Shown here one piece after another: positions 51,569 to 63,359 of a DNA stretch of 64,000 nucleotides (position 1 is the first letter of the stretch; each line of letters begins with the position of its first letter). The DNA is from Paramecium tetraurelia. Lineage: Eukaryota. A program made the position numbers and the translations under genes. The notes under the pieces were generated by a model. The model searched no databases. It saw only the letters and a list, made by a program, of their open reading frames with translations, and had not been told where the DNA came from. Location of the stretch: NCBI GenBank assembly GCA_000165425.1, contig CT868108.1:496001-560000 (forward strand). Reading direction: 5' to 3'.

Positions 51569-54500
51569 TCAGAAGAATTCTAAATACATCTTTTTTTAAA
51601 GTTAGTTTTATCTCGACTTTCCAAACAATTGTTCAAGATTTGCTGTGGCATTGACAAATATGCTTCTTGGAGTTATTTTTGATAGTTTCTTCAACTCCAA
51701 CATGTTGGCATTTTGATTGGCAATATTGAACACCATCAAATCAACCTAATTCTTTTCAAGTAGTTGTTTTAGTTTCTCCTCCTACTTCTAACACATGTGT
51801 TTATTGACTAAGAGAGATAAATGGAAAATAGTACTTTCGGTGAAAATGCATATAAATTTGTATCTACTTCTGAAATCGTATTGCTATTGGTCGTTATTGT
51901 CTTCACTCTTCCCATTCAGATTGACATTATTGCCATTTTTGAAGAATTGAATGTCATCATTATCAGATTCAGTGTCTTATTCTCCTTCAGTTTGGGATTC
52001 ATTGAGTCTAAAAATGAAGAAATAAAGTACTTTTATTTTGGATCGTCATTGTTAGACAAGGGTGGGAATTGTGATTACGACAAGTCTTGTTCGTTCTCTT
52101 CGTGAATGGTGAAGTTGTTGCACTCCTTCTTTAAACTGCTCTTTTGATCATCAGATTTACCGTTGCTTTTGTTGGCATTTGAAATATTGATTTTATGTTC
52201 AAAGAAGTTTTTCACAGCAAATCTTAAGGCTTGATACAATCTGGAGTTGCCTCCAGGAGCAGTGATGGCCATATATAATTACTTATTTAGAAGATCCTTA
52301 TAAGTCCCTTTGGGTTGAAGAGGAAAGGCTTCATGAAGAGAGTTATTGAAACCGTACATTCCGATTAAATCTTAGGGTTACAAAATGGAAAAGATTTTGG
52401 TGCAGATACTATGAGAAAGATTGATTTATTCGATGTTCATCTCTTTGGAGTAGTCGATCATGAATACAATCTCATAGACATTAATGGAAATCTAATTTCT
52501 GAACTGTTGAATTGGCTAAGGAGAAATGTTAAATAATTTGAATATCTTCTCCAAAACCATCAGACAGAAATCCCTAACTTCTGGATCATAGTAATCGCCC
52601 ATTTCTATAATTTCAGTTAAGATTTCAGCAGCAGTCTTGAAGTTTCCTCTCAACAGTTGATATATGGCTTTGAGTTATCTTATCTTAGAAAACAACACTT
52701 CCTTTGGTACATTCTTGAACATGTCGACAAAGTTAAAGTCTTGCTCCTCATTTTATTAGGCCTATTCAAGATTAGCATTGTCTTGAATCAACTTATTGTA
52801 ATATTCTTCAGCTTTCTGTTCTGAGAGTTAAAAGTTACTAATATCACCAATTTGGATGTAACACAATGCCTTTTTGACATGTAGATTGATAAGTCTAACA
52901 ATTTTGGATTGGGTGAATCTTTAATCTTTTTCTGCAGTGGCCTCAAAGTCAGTAAACAATTTGAGAGTTTCAGGAATGAACACATCAGAATATTACATGC
53001 AGATGTTGAACATGAATTAGGCAAGCTAAAATTATCTATTCAATAATTTAGCCTTAGCCAATTTCTTCTTTTTTGTCAATTCCGATAATTTCTCTTTTAT
53101 CATCTGAAGTTCTGACATCTAGACATCACTGGATCCAGAATTGTTTCTTTCTCTTTCTTCTACTTGATTATTATTCTATTTATCTTCATAATTGATAATG
53201 CTTTCTTTCATGTCCAATCTTTGACTCTGCATTATACTACTCTGATTGTAGGATTAACCCAAATATTTAGATCTGTTGTTGCTCACATTCGGGGAAAGTT
53301 GAGGAGAGTAGTAATTTGAATTCTCTTAATCTACCTAATTGATTGGTTGTAATCCCTTTTTTGATTCATTCAAGCTCTTCTCGTAAGTTAAGGTTCTTTT
53401 CTTCTTATTGATTGGAGTTGTTACTGAATTAACTGCCACACTTGCTAATTGTGTATTCTTACTGGAACAACTGGATTAAGGATTGATTAAAGCCATGTGT
53501 GGAATGTTTTTCGAATGTATAACTGTGGTTGAGATGTTTTTAGAGGTGTTCGAAATGTTTTTCTGTCTCTAAGAGGAAGATATAGCTTTCATCTGAGTGT
53601 TATTTTCATTTTTCTATTCATCCTGTTGTTTCTTTTGTAATTTCTTAATCCATGTTATTTCAATCTACTATCTGAACTTAGTTGCGAGTCCTTTGAGTCT
53701 CAACCTTAAATTTTGATATAGATTTGGTTCCTGTAATGCAGCCATCATAGTGGTGCACCATTTCTTGAGTTCTTTGATTTCCATTAATTCTAGTTTTGCT
53801 ATGTAAATGGCTTCTTCCATTTCATTGACTGCTTCGAATACTCTCCCTCCCTTCATGTGTAGAATTCCAATATTATTCGCACAAATACCCACAGCACTCA
53901 TATTACCAATTTCTTTCTTATAAAAGTCTTTGGCTCTACTCAATTCCATAAGAGCTATTGCATCAGAATGTTTCGAGTTAGAATACTTTTAATTCGAGTA
54001 TTTAATTGTTGTCACAAATATGTTCATGGTTTGGAATAGTGATTTAATTTCAAATGAATTGAAGTAGTCTTGATAATTTATCAATTCCTCTTCTTGATCC
54101 ATATTCTAGATATCTATGCTGTTCATGAATTCAGTCAACACTTTAATTGGTTATTCGAATGACAATCCGATTCTGGTGGCAGTGTACCAAACAAATAAAA
54201 ATATTACAACTGACAACACAATAATCACAATGAGAACTATGATTTCTAAGATTCTCACATTATTCAAAGAGGTGCCTTCGTACAATTCTTGGATCAATAC
54301 ATTCTCCTCAAAGTAATGGATGAGTATAAATGTTGGCATCTTAAAGTCATTAACTTCAGGTTCAATGTAGACATACCTCCTTCCATTTTCAGGGGCAGTA
54401 ACAATAGACACTCTTTTGGAAGATGTGGTTACTACTTCTGAAAAAAGCAAGTAGAATTTGTATGATCCAAAAGAATAGATTAATTGAGTGCTATTAAGAG

Positions 54501-55662
54501 TATCATTAGTCCTGAGTTCTTTGATTTTATCATAAATTGGAGCATCCATCTTAGAGATCAATTCTGAATATGACGAGTTACTTAGTTGTTTTGTCTCATT
54601 GATATATTACACAATTGCTTGGGTGACATTTCGATCAGAATAATTTTCGGGAGAAAGTACTGTATATTCTTTATTAATTATAGCGACGAATAGTTAATGC
54701 TCCTACTCCCCTTGAGATTAGTGCTATTGTAGATGTCTGGTTGTCAAATCCTCCAAATAAGAATTTAGCACTTTGGCAGTCATATAACATTTTGTTGTAT
54801 CTGTTTGATGAACTATTTATGTCAAACTTATTGAAGGTCCACTTGTAAATTCATCTGTTCTATCATAAACCATGGTGAAGTTTAAGGTAGGATCGAGTGT
54901 CATGGGGATCTCTGGTAACCATTGAGAAACATCGAAGCCAGTAAGTTTTTATTATTGAGTTTCAGTAAACTGAGGAAAGCGGATAACGAAAGAATCAGTG
55001 CAATGTATCATAGTTGCGGCATAGTTTATTGGGACAAGTGCTTCAGCATCTGACGAAGTATCACTTGTTGTGTTTAAATTTAGGTCTTGTTTAAGGGACC
55101 GGGTGTTACTAAATCATGAAATGATCTCTTTACTTAATTATGATGTCAGACAATATGAGAGATTAGGCTGCCTTGGTTAGTTGAAAGTACAATTAAGGAC
55201 TCTAGTTTTGCAATTCAGTCAAGGTTTGATATTTGGAGTGGGACCATGCTATCTTATAGTCTTGGGAATCCTTCATGGTGGAGGTGAATGCGTTGAGACT
55301 CAGCTACTTGTCGTCCAAAGTCCTAAAAGAATTGTATTTATCATGCTTACCAGCTTGAGTAATTTTGGAACTCTCCAAAACAATAATGTCTCAAATGGGC
55401 ACTCACTCCGAATATCTAATTGAAGTAAGCTTAGTATTAGATATAGATTTCCTAATAAATTTTGATGCTCTTTTACTTGCTCTATGATATTCATCTCTAT
55501 TTAAAGACCATTCAAGTGTCTGTTTATATGAAAGTCCAGCAGCGAATCTTGAAAACTAGGGATACTCACAAAACCCAACAAACCTACTTGTAACACTGCT
55601 AACATTAGAATAAGAATGATTGGTATTAGAATAACCAACAGAATCTAGTTCTTTAGTTCCAT
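51569..55662 (-). CDS. Membrane sensor-like protein: TM - Cache-like ectodomain - TM - HAMP - TPR - vWA
   Basis: TM1 ILLVILIPIILILMLAVL. TM2 ILEIIVLIVIIVLSVVIFLFVW. HAMP-like PIKVLTEF...EIKSLFQTMN. TPR AVGICANNIGILHMKGGRVFEAVNEMEEAI. vWA EIVFMIDYSKEM...DLIGMYGFN...GGNSRLYQALRFA. Ends MYLEFF-TGA. Confidence 0.8.
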
Positions 55663-55706
55663 TAAAAAATAAATATTCAAAATCTTTATATTATTTTCTA
55701 ATTAAA

Positions 55707-56703
55707 ATGCCTCCAGGGAAGCATAAATCAAAACTAAAAACAGCCAATGCTCCGAACGTTATCAAGCCTCGTCCCATACCCATCTTCCTATCGAGGTACC
55801 TCTTTCCCTTACCCTACTCTCTAGATAAGGATCTCGTGTTGAGGGCCAAACCAACAATTCCAATCTGAAACCAAATCCACTTCTATCCAGGTACTTTTTA
55901 TTCCTGTTCACTTAAGACAACCCTCCCAATCCCAAATGTAGGAGCATTCCGACCATATAGATATTCAGTACAACACCAGGAAATTCAATGTTACACTCAT
56001 GGTCTAATAGGAAAACAAAAATTATACACTAGGTGATATCAATTGCAAACTCACAGACGATAATCGAGTGTGGATTTACGATCTCATCAAAACCCTCAAG
56101 GATATGCAAATTGATGCAGTAGATCATCTCAAAAATAGCACCATTTAAATCTTAAATGAGGAAGAGACACAAAACCTAGGTATATTCTATTAATTATTAG
56201 TTAATCACGCCCTCTATACCCCAAACTTGGTTGTATATGAAAACCTCGGTGTCGACCCTCTGAATCAAGATACTTTTTTCAAAGTCAACGAAGATCAAAT
56301 CAAATTGCAATTAAAAATCAGACCTTCCAAAATCAGCTTATTAGACACCATTCTAGAGCAATAGCCAAATGAAGAAACCAATTCAAAGAAAAATTAAAAA
56401 ACTAAGCAGAGGACTCTCTCGCAAGTCGTTGAAAGAGTAAATGATGTTACTTAAATATAGGTGGCACTCTGGAGAAGACTCTACACCGGCTTTTACGATT
56501 AGAACAAGACATTTGTGTAGATGTCTTTAGACAAGGCTGCTGAAAAAGTTGGAATTTCCAAGAAGACTTTAGATGACTATCTATTGTAGATTCGATATGG
56601 AAAGCGTTATGGTTTCGACTTCAAAAAAAACAGCAATGAAGGCATCAGCAAATTGAGACAATTTGTCAAATCGAAAAAAGAAAATAAGAAAAATGATACA
56701 TGA
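55707..56703 (+). CDS. Ciliate helix-turn-helix domain protein (putative DNA-binding)
   Basis: C-terminal RTLSQVVER[intron]VALWRRLY...MSLDKAAEKVGISKKTLDDYLLQIRYGKRYGFDF...LRQFVK, with an HTH-like 'AAEKVGISKKTL' core. Confidence 0.8.
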
Positions 56704-57566
56704 TAAACATATTAAGCAAATAAATCCACTTAATAACTATTAATAATTATTAATTCATTGACTATTTATTTATAATATTATTTTTTACATTTTATTATCA
56801 TTTAATTGTCTTCATGATTTCTCTTCAAATATATAAATGTACACCCTTTTCCATATCGAATAAATGGAATAGGAAAATGGCCATCTAAACTCCAAAATTA
56901 ATATTGTTTAAAATATGGAAGTTTGGACTCTTAATAACTGTTTAATAAACTGAACTTTATCTTCCATATTTTAATACCTCATTTGAGTTATTCATTTGTA
57001 ATTTATCGAAAAAGTGTAGATATATTAATTCTAAAGAGGATTTGTAATTCTGCCCTTGAATACATTTTTAAATTTAAGTCTATGTTTTTATTTCTTATAA
57101 AGTTGATAAATATTATCATAAAATTTATAATAATATGCTCATGATTCAAATTTGTTTGACATAAACAGATTCAAGAAATTTTATTGAAGAAATTAAATTA
57201 GTATTTGTTCAACACCATTGAAGTATACAATATTCATGATGTTATTTATCTCATTTGAAATAACTTTAATTTCTGGAAATGGAAATCAAATTTACATTTT
57301 TCATCCAAACAGAATAAAGAATCGATAAAAATTTTTTAATTATCCAATATTTGAAAATCAAGCTTAGAAACTTTGAAGTTCTTGAATTGTGAATTTGGGG
57401 GATGATTAAATTTGGTGTATATAATGGGAATTTTCATTAAAGACTGTGAATGATAACAATAATGAGGAATTGTCAATTTGAACCGATGATAATGGCTGCA
57501 AATTATTTTTCACGTAATATATGACGTTAAATGTATTTTAGTATTAGCAATTAAATTAAAATAAGA

Positions 57567-58355
57567 ATGAACGTAGTGCACTGGACAAATAATAACAATG
57601 AATCGTAATCAAAGTCAATTAGGTAATCCTCTGAGACATTGCCTCCTCTAAAAAAAAGGATTTCAAAAAGACTGTAAAAACACATATAAGATACTTCTTT
57701 CAAAGAATTGTACAAATAATAGAAGCTTGCTGAAATTGTTCAAAAGGCTATGGAGAGAAACGAATGCCAATATGAGGAATATGATGAAATAAAAATTTGT
57801 GGTGAGATAATAAAACTCAATGACAAAGTGATTATCAAAAATGAGGATAGCAATGTGGAGGATTATATTGGATCAATATAGAAAATTTGCAGCATCGTAG
57901 AACCTAGGACACTTAAGTTAATATGTCTCTGTGAAGTGTAATGGTTTATGAGAAAGAATGAAATAATTTGTCACAAACCAAGAGCTCGAAGTTGGATTGG
58001 AAATTAAGAAATCTTCTCCACCAATACCAATGATTATGTATTAGCTCAGACAATCGTTCAGAGATGTACAGTTGTTGATTGTGAGGAGTATTTCAATATG
58101 GAGAATTGTGATTCCACTACCTACTATAATCGATTGGAATGGGATGTGGAATGCAAGAAGTTTACGAATATGAACACAATTAAGATGTATTGCTTATGCC
58201 AACAGCCTTGGAATCCTGAACTCAACTATATTTAAGTATTATTTTATTCATATAATTAGTGTGATAAATGCTAAAAATGGTACCACTTCGAATGTGTCGG
58301 TGTAAAAGAGGGATCCTATGAAAACAAAGAATATGCATGTGGGTATTGCAATTGA
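57567..58355 (+). CDS. BAH-PHD chromatin reader (EBS/SHL-like)
   Basis: BAH: IKLNDKVIIK..EDYIGSI..EVQWFMRK..QEIFST..TIVQRCTV. PHD: MYCLCQQPWNPELNYIQ[intron]CDKCQKWYHFECVG...CGYC. Confidence 0.92.
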
Positions 58356-58477
58356 AAATGTGATTTTGATATAATGTCTTTTACTTACTATTCATTTAGA
58401 GATTATTAATTAAGTTTTATTTATCGAATAATAGTCTTTTCAAAAAATTGATGAAAATTAACTAACCCAAATTTAAA

Positions 58478-60588
58478 ATGAGAAAGCCTATCGGACTCAC
58501 ATTGGATTTCTTGGACATACAATAATCACAAAAGGAGTAGACACCAAAAGTATTTAATTCAAAATTAATCAGGTGTAATAGATCGACACATTTGAAGAAT
58601 TTTGCAGCTAAATTCCAGAAAATCAATAATAATAAGAATTAAACTTCTCAAAACAATCTTAATCCTTCCATTCTTAATAAATTAAAACCAACAATTAGGA
58701 AGAGTCAATCTGTTCTGAATTTAAGCAATCAATAATAAGTATTAATTTAATATAAATATCATATATCTAGATTAGGAAAAGGAGAATTCATAAATCCAAT
58801 ATATTGTTTTTGAAGAGTTTCATCCCCAAAGCACTATCATCTCTGGTCAATCTGAATCCATAAGAAATTCGGAAAAACAATTACAAGAGAAAAATACCGA
58901 TCTTATAAAGGAACCTCCTGCACCATCAAACAAAAACAATACCAAATTCAGTTTCCCATAAAAAGGAACTGGATTCACAGGATGTATATATGCTCTAAAA
59001 TCTAGTAAAAAAATAACTTCAAATTGCCATTCCTGAAGCAGATCACACAAACACTAGTTCTTATGAGTAGACTATGATCAAACAATAACTAAAATAAAAT
59101 TAAATGAATAATGCTGCAGATATGGAATTAAAATAATAAATATTTACATTGCAGAGAGATAAAGAATAAATTAAAAATTAATACAAGTTAGAGATAATTG
59201 ATTTAAATGCCAAAATACAGGAACTTTAATAAAAATTAGATATTGAATAGGCCAATTCATTGCAATTAAAATAAGAAAATGAAAAATTGTAACTAAAAAT
59301 CTAATCGTTTGAACACCAATACTCAATTAATATAGATAAGAATCAAAGTGAATAATTTAGCATAAGTTATTAGAATAAACTAACAGATAACGAAAAGATC
59401 TAATATCTAGTTGAAAAACTAAATCAAAAATCTGCAATCAACGCCAAATTGCAGTATGAAATCTTCAAATTGCAAAATAATGTAAAATATCATAATAAAT
59501 AGATTGAACTATTATAAACCAAATAAATTGTGCAATCTTATAATATCAATTAAATATCGGACTATGAATAAATATCAGACAGCCACTCACCTCCTTAATT
59601 TGCATCAAATCCTCCTCTGAATAATTATAAAAATAGAGAAAGCAACAAAGCTAGTGTATTGATGCAATAAAAACAAGCCTTGCTCAACTTAAGTGCTAAC
59701 CAAGCCTAATTGGATTAAAAAAAGGAGATTAATTTGTAATTAAACATTTTTGAATTATATAGATCTAACATGATATCCCCATAGGCTAAAACTTGCAAAG
59801 CTTCTACTACTATTCATAAAAATCTAACTACTCATCAAACAAAAAATACGTAATTCAAAGAAGACACCCTCCAACACCTTAGAAAAATGCAGTAACAATT
59901 AACAGTTTATATAGAAGTACGAAAAACTCAACTTCGGTTGGAGAATTAAATACTTTTAAGCAAGATTTAACTAATTGTTCAAATATTTTACAAAAGATAA
60001 TGAGGAAGGATTCAACTCAATCTCCAGATAAACCTATTCAAGCAACGTAGAAATTCAAGGAGGCTCTCAATTCTAAGTTACAAAATGTTCCAGATAAACA
60101 TAAGTCCTATGCCAGTTTACTATTTTCTTTGGGAGATTTTAACAAACCTAGAATTCAGGATGCTTATATTCGTTAGAATTCACCACACATCAATGAAGAC
60201 ATTCAATTCAAATCAAGACAGTAGATTTGTAATATAAAATAGAATATTTGCTTATCAACCTCATTAAAATTCTAGAAAGTAGTCTGAAACCATAAAATCA
60301 GAGGAATCACACAAGATGAGCACTGAACAACCAAAGTATTATGACAAATATGAATACTCAAACTATCAAAGAAAAGGTAAATATTAATTCACATTAGATA
60401 TTCTACAACTGATGAGAGATATTAAAAGTCAAAAACTTGGAAGTAAGATAATCATCACTTATTATTAGTATCTGCCAAAATCAATTACAAAAAGAATCAT
60501 CCAAAGTATGAAAAGCAGTATAATCTATGTTAGTATAAGGGGACTTATTTCTGAAGGTTTAAGTGCTAGATCAAATAATTGTGATTGA
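58478..60588 (+). CDS. Hypothetical large Q-rich coiled-coil protein
   Basis: MRKPIGLTLDFLDIQQ..., long heptad region at 59100-59550, several short introns, TGA at 60586-60588. Confidence 0.7.
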
Positions 60589-60728
60589 TAAATTTATATA
60601 TATATATAATCGAATAAAAGGCAATTCTTAGGTTGATAATTAGAATACGTCAAACTTTGTGAACGTTTCAATTTTAGAATAGTCTATTTCATTTTTTGTA
60701 ATAATTTCATCAAATATATTTTATTATT

Positions 60729-61780
60729 ATGATTCGTCCCTATTTATATTACGCATTCAAAATTAAGGATGGATTATTTATTGGCAATAAACGAGCTGCA
60801 AATGTATTCAACTTTATACATATATAGGACATCTAATTTCAATTTTATAATAAAATTACAGTGATAATTAATTGCGCTGCATTAGAAATAAACATTAGTA
60901 ATCCGAAAGTTAAGATTTTGAATTTTGAATGGTTAGATACTGAGGAATAGGTTATATTTAATTTTAAGTAATATTTAGTAAATAGTAGTTAATAATAATG
61001 TCGATATGGTTTATAATACAATTGAGGAAACTAATGATAATGGAGAATCAGTCTTAATTTGCTGCTTAACTGGGTAGAGTAGATCTGTGGCTATTGTAGC
61101 TGCTTATTTTATGAAAAAGTAAGAGATCAAATCAAATTCTTAGATTTAACTGGAATTTAAAAACATCATTATAATATTTATAAATCTGTAGAAAGGATTT
61201 CGAAATTCGTGAAGGGTTTCTTTTCTAATTAAGTCGTTATGAAAGAGAGTTATTAATCAAATTAAAAACAGATTTAACAGAATAAAATGAATAAGTTTAA
61301 GAATAGGAAATTCTCTTAAAGAACACCTATTACAATGCTAAATTATCTGAGATTTGGTCGAACTATAATATGTCAGAAAAGACAAGTGGTTTTTCAAAAG
61401 GTAAACACAAGAAACATTTAAAAAGAGTTTCTTGGGCTTAAAAGCTGATAACATTTATTAATACTACTTTAGATTGTGTAAAATTAAATCTGTTTCTCAA
61501 TTAAAAAAATGAATCTGTCATACAAAAATAATCTTTATTCAAAATATGCAAAGGAAACACAGAAAAAAAATCAAGTCGATATATGATGACCTTAAGAAAT
61601 AAAACACCTGATCCTATTACAAATATGTCGATTTCAACTGAAAGCAAATATAGATGTACTTCTGTGGTCAAGTAAATTGAATCTGATGCAAAGCAATTTT
61701 AATCAAATCGAAAAAGCCTTACAAAAGGAGAGAAGTAAATACGGGTTTTGAAAGGTATGATGCAATTTAGAATGAAATGA
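60729..61780 (+). CDS. Dual-specificity protein phosphatase family protein
   Basis: KIKDGLFIGN, KITVIINCA, NFEWLD, and active-site loop SVLICCLTGQSRSVAIVAAYFMKK (Cx5R). Confidence 0.88.
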
Positions 61781-61794
61781 CAAATAAAATTATT

Positions 61795-62591
61795 ATGATA
61801 TATTTTTTGTTATTAATTGTAGTGACATATTAATAAAAATGTCAATGGGTGGATGAAGATAATCACAAATATGACTATACTAATTTAGATCATCCTTCAG
61901 CATGGCATGTTGTTGACACTCAAAATGGTATTCATATAAAATCACAAGTAGGAATGGGAATGTTTAATATGGTTTACATTTTCAATTTCTGTAATATAAA
62001 TCTAAGTTGTCATGGAGTACCAGTTGCAGTATATGAAGGTTTAGAAGTTATGGGAACTATCACAGACAATTGTGATATTGTAGGGTTGAAGTCAACCACT
62101 TCAATTTCTCATATATAAGATAAGCCTAAAGATTATGGAATTTCCATCTCTTTCAATGATAATTCTTAATGCGTAGAAACTGCTAATCAAAATAGAGCGG
62201 TATAAACAGATAAGCCAAGGACAGCAATTTTTAATATTGTTTGTAGTGAAAAGGCAGAAAAATAATTTAGAATTGTTTAAGGGTATGGGTGCACAGTAAC
62301 TTTAGAAATTTATCATCCAGCAGGATGTCCACTAAATGGAAGTATATTTTTTTGATTAACCAAGATATTTTTAGTTACATTTCATTTGCACTTAAGTGCT
62401 TTATTATCGCTACAATACTATTTAACATTGTAGGTTTTATATATAATAAGAAAATAAGGAAAATTACAGGTAAATAAGCAATTCCAAATATCAAATAACT
62501 TGAGGAAATAAAAAAATTAGTGATTTATGCTCTATAAAATTGTGAAAGATTAGTTAGAAGGGGTGGTAAGAATGGATACTAAATTGTGTGA
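61795..62591 (+). CDS. Mannose-6-phosphate receptor homology (MRH) / ATG27-like type I membrane protein
   Basis: Signal peptide; C..DHKYDYTNL, YIFNFC, RTAIFNIVC and CTVTLEIYHPAGCP; a TM segment; tail YNKK...GKQAIPN...GYQIV (YxxPhi). Confidence 0.85.
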
Positions 62592-63359
62592 ATGTGAATA
62601 TAATTTATTCAAATAATAATTATCAATCCTCATATACTTATAGTTAAAGATGTATTTCTTTAGCATATTCAATACTGAAAAAAAAGCCAAAGTTATTATA
62701 ATGTTTATTCGTCAAGAGATTTTATTTTGTTTAATATAATATATAAAATAGAAGAAAACTTGATCGTTATGCAATAAATTCAATTATAACAAATTATTAC
62801 TTTTGAGAGTAAAGTGCTTTGTAAGTTTGAATATAAAAAAGTCTGAAATAAATGATCTTTGTTGTTGTACAAAACTTTCTAAACCAAAGGTTTTTCAATT
62901 ATTATTCTATATGGAAAGGCTAAAAAAAAAGTTTTCAAGACATAATTATTATTCCCCAATATAAAAATATTTTATAATAAATTAATTTGAAAAATAATAT
63001 TAATTTATCTTATAATTTATCGATAATTGATATCAAAAAATAAAGATTGATTGAGTTAACTCGATTGAATTTTGAAATAAAACGCTTCAAATATTTAGAA
63101 CCCAACATTATCGTCACCTAAAATTCAAACACTAATGTAAAGAAATAATCAAAATTAAAGCCTAATATTATAAATAGGTTCCAAAATTTTGTCTTTTTGA
63201 AAATATAAACTGATTTTGAGAACAATAGATTTAACATCAATCTAAGATTTAAAAAAATGCAATTTATAGTAAATAATAAATTCAATTACTTTAATGATAA
63301 ATCGTTTCTATTAAAAATGAAAAAGTTAAATTACATCTTTACTATTTTTTGAATAATGT

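Noticed and set aside
56760..57540. Coding-like minus-strand stretch between the HTH and BAH-PHD genes
   Set aside because: I could not assemble a continuous frame; it is possibly decayed and is unsupported as a gene.
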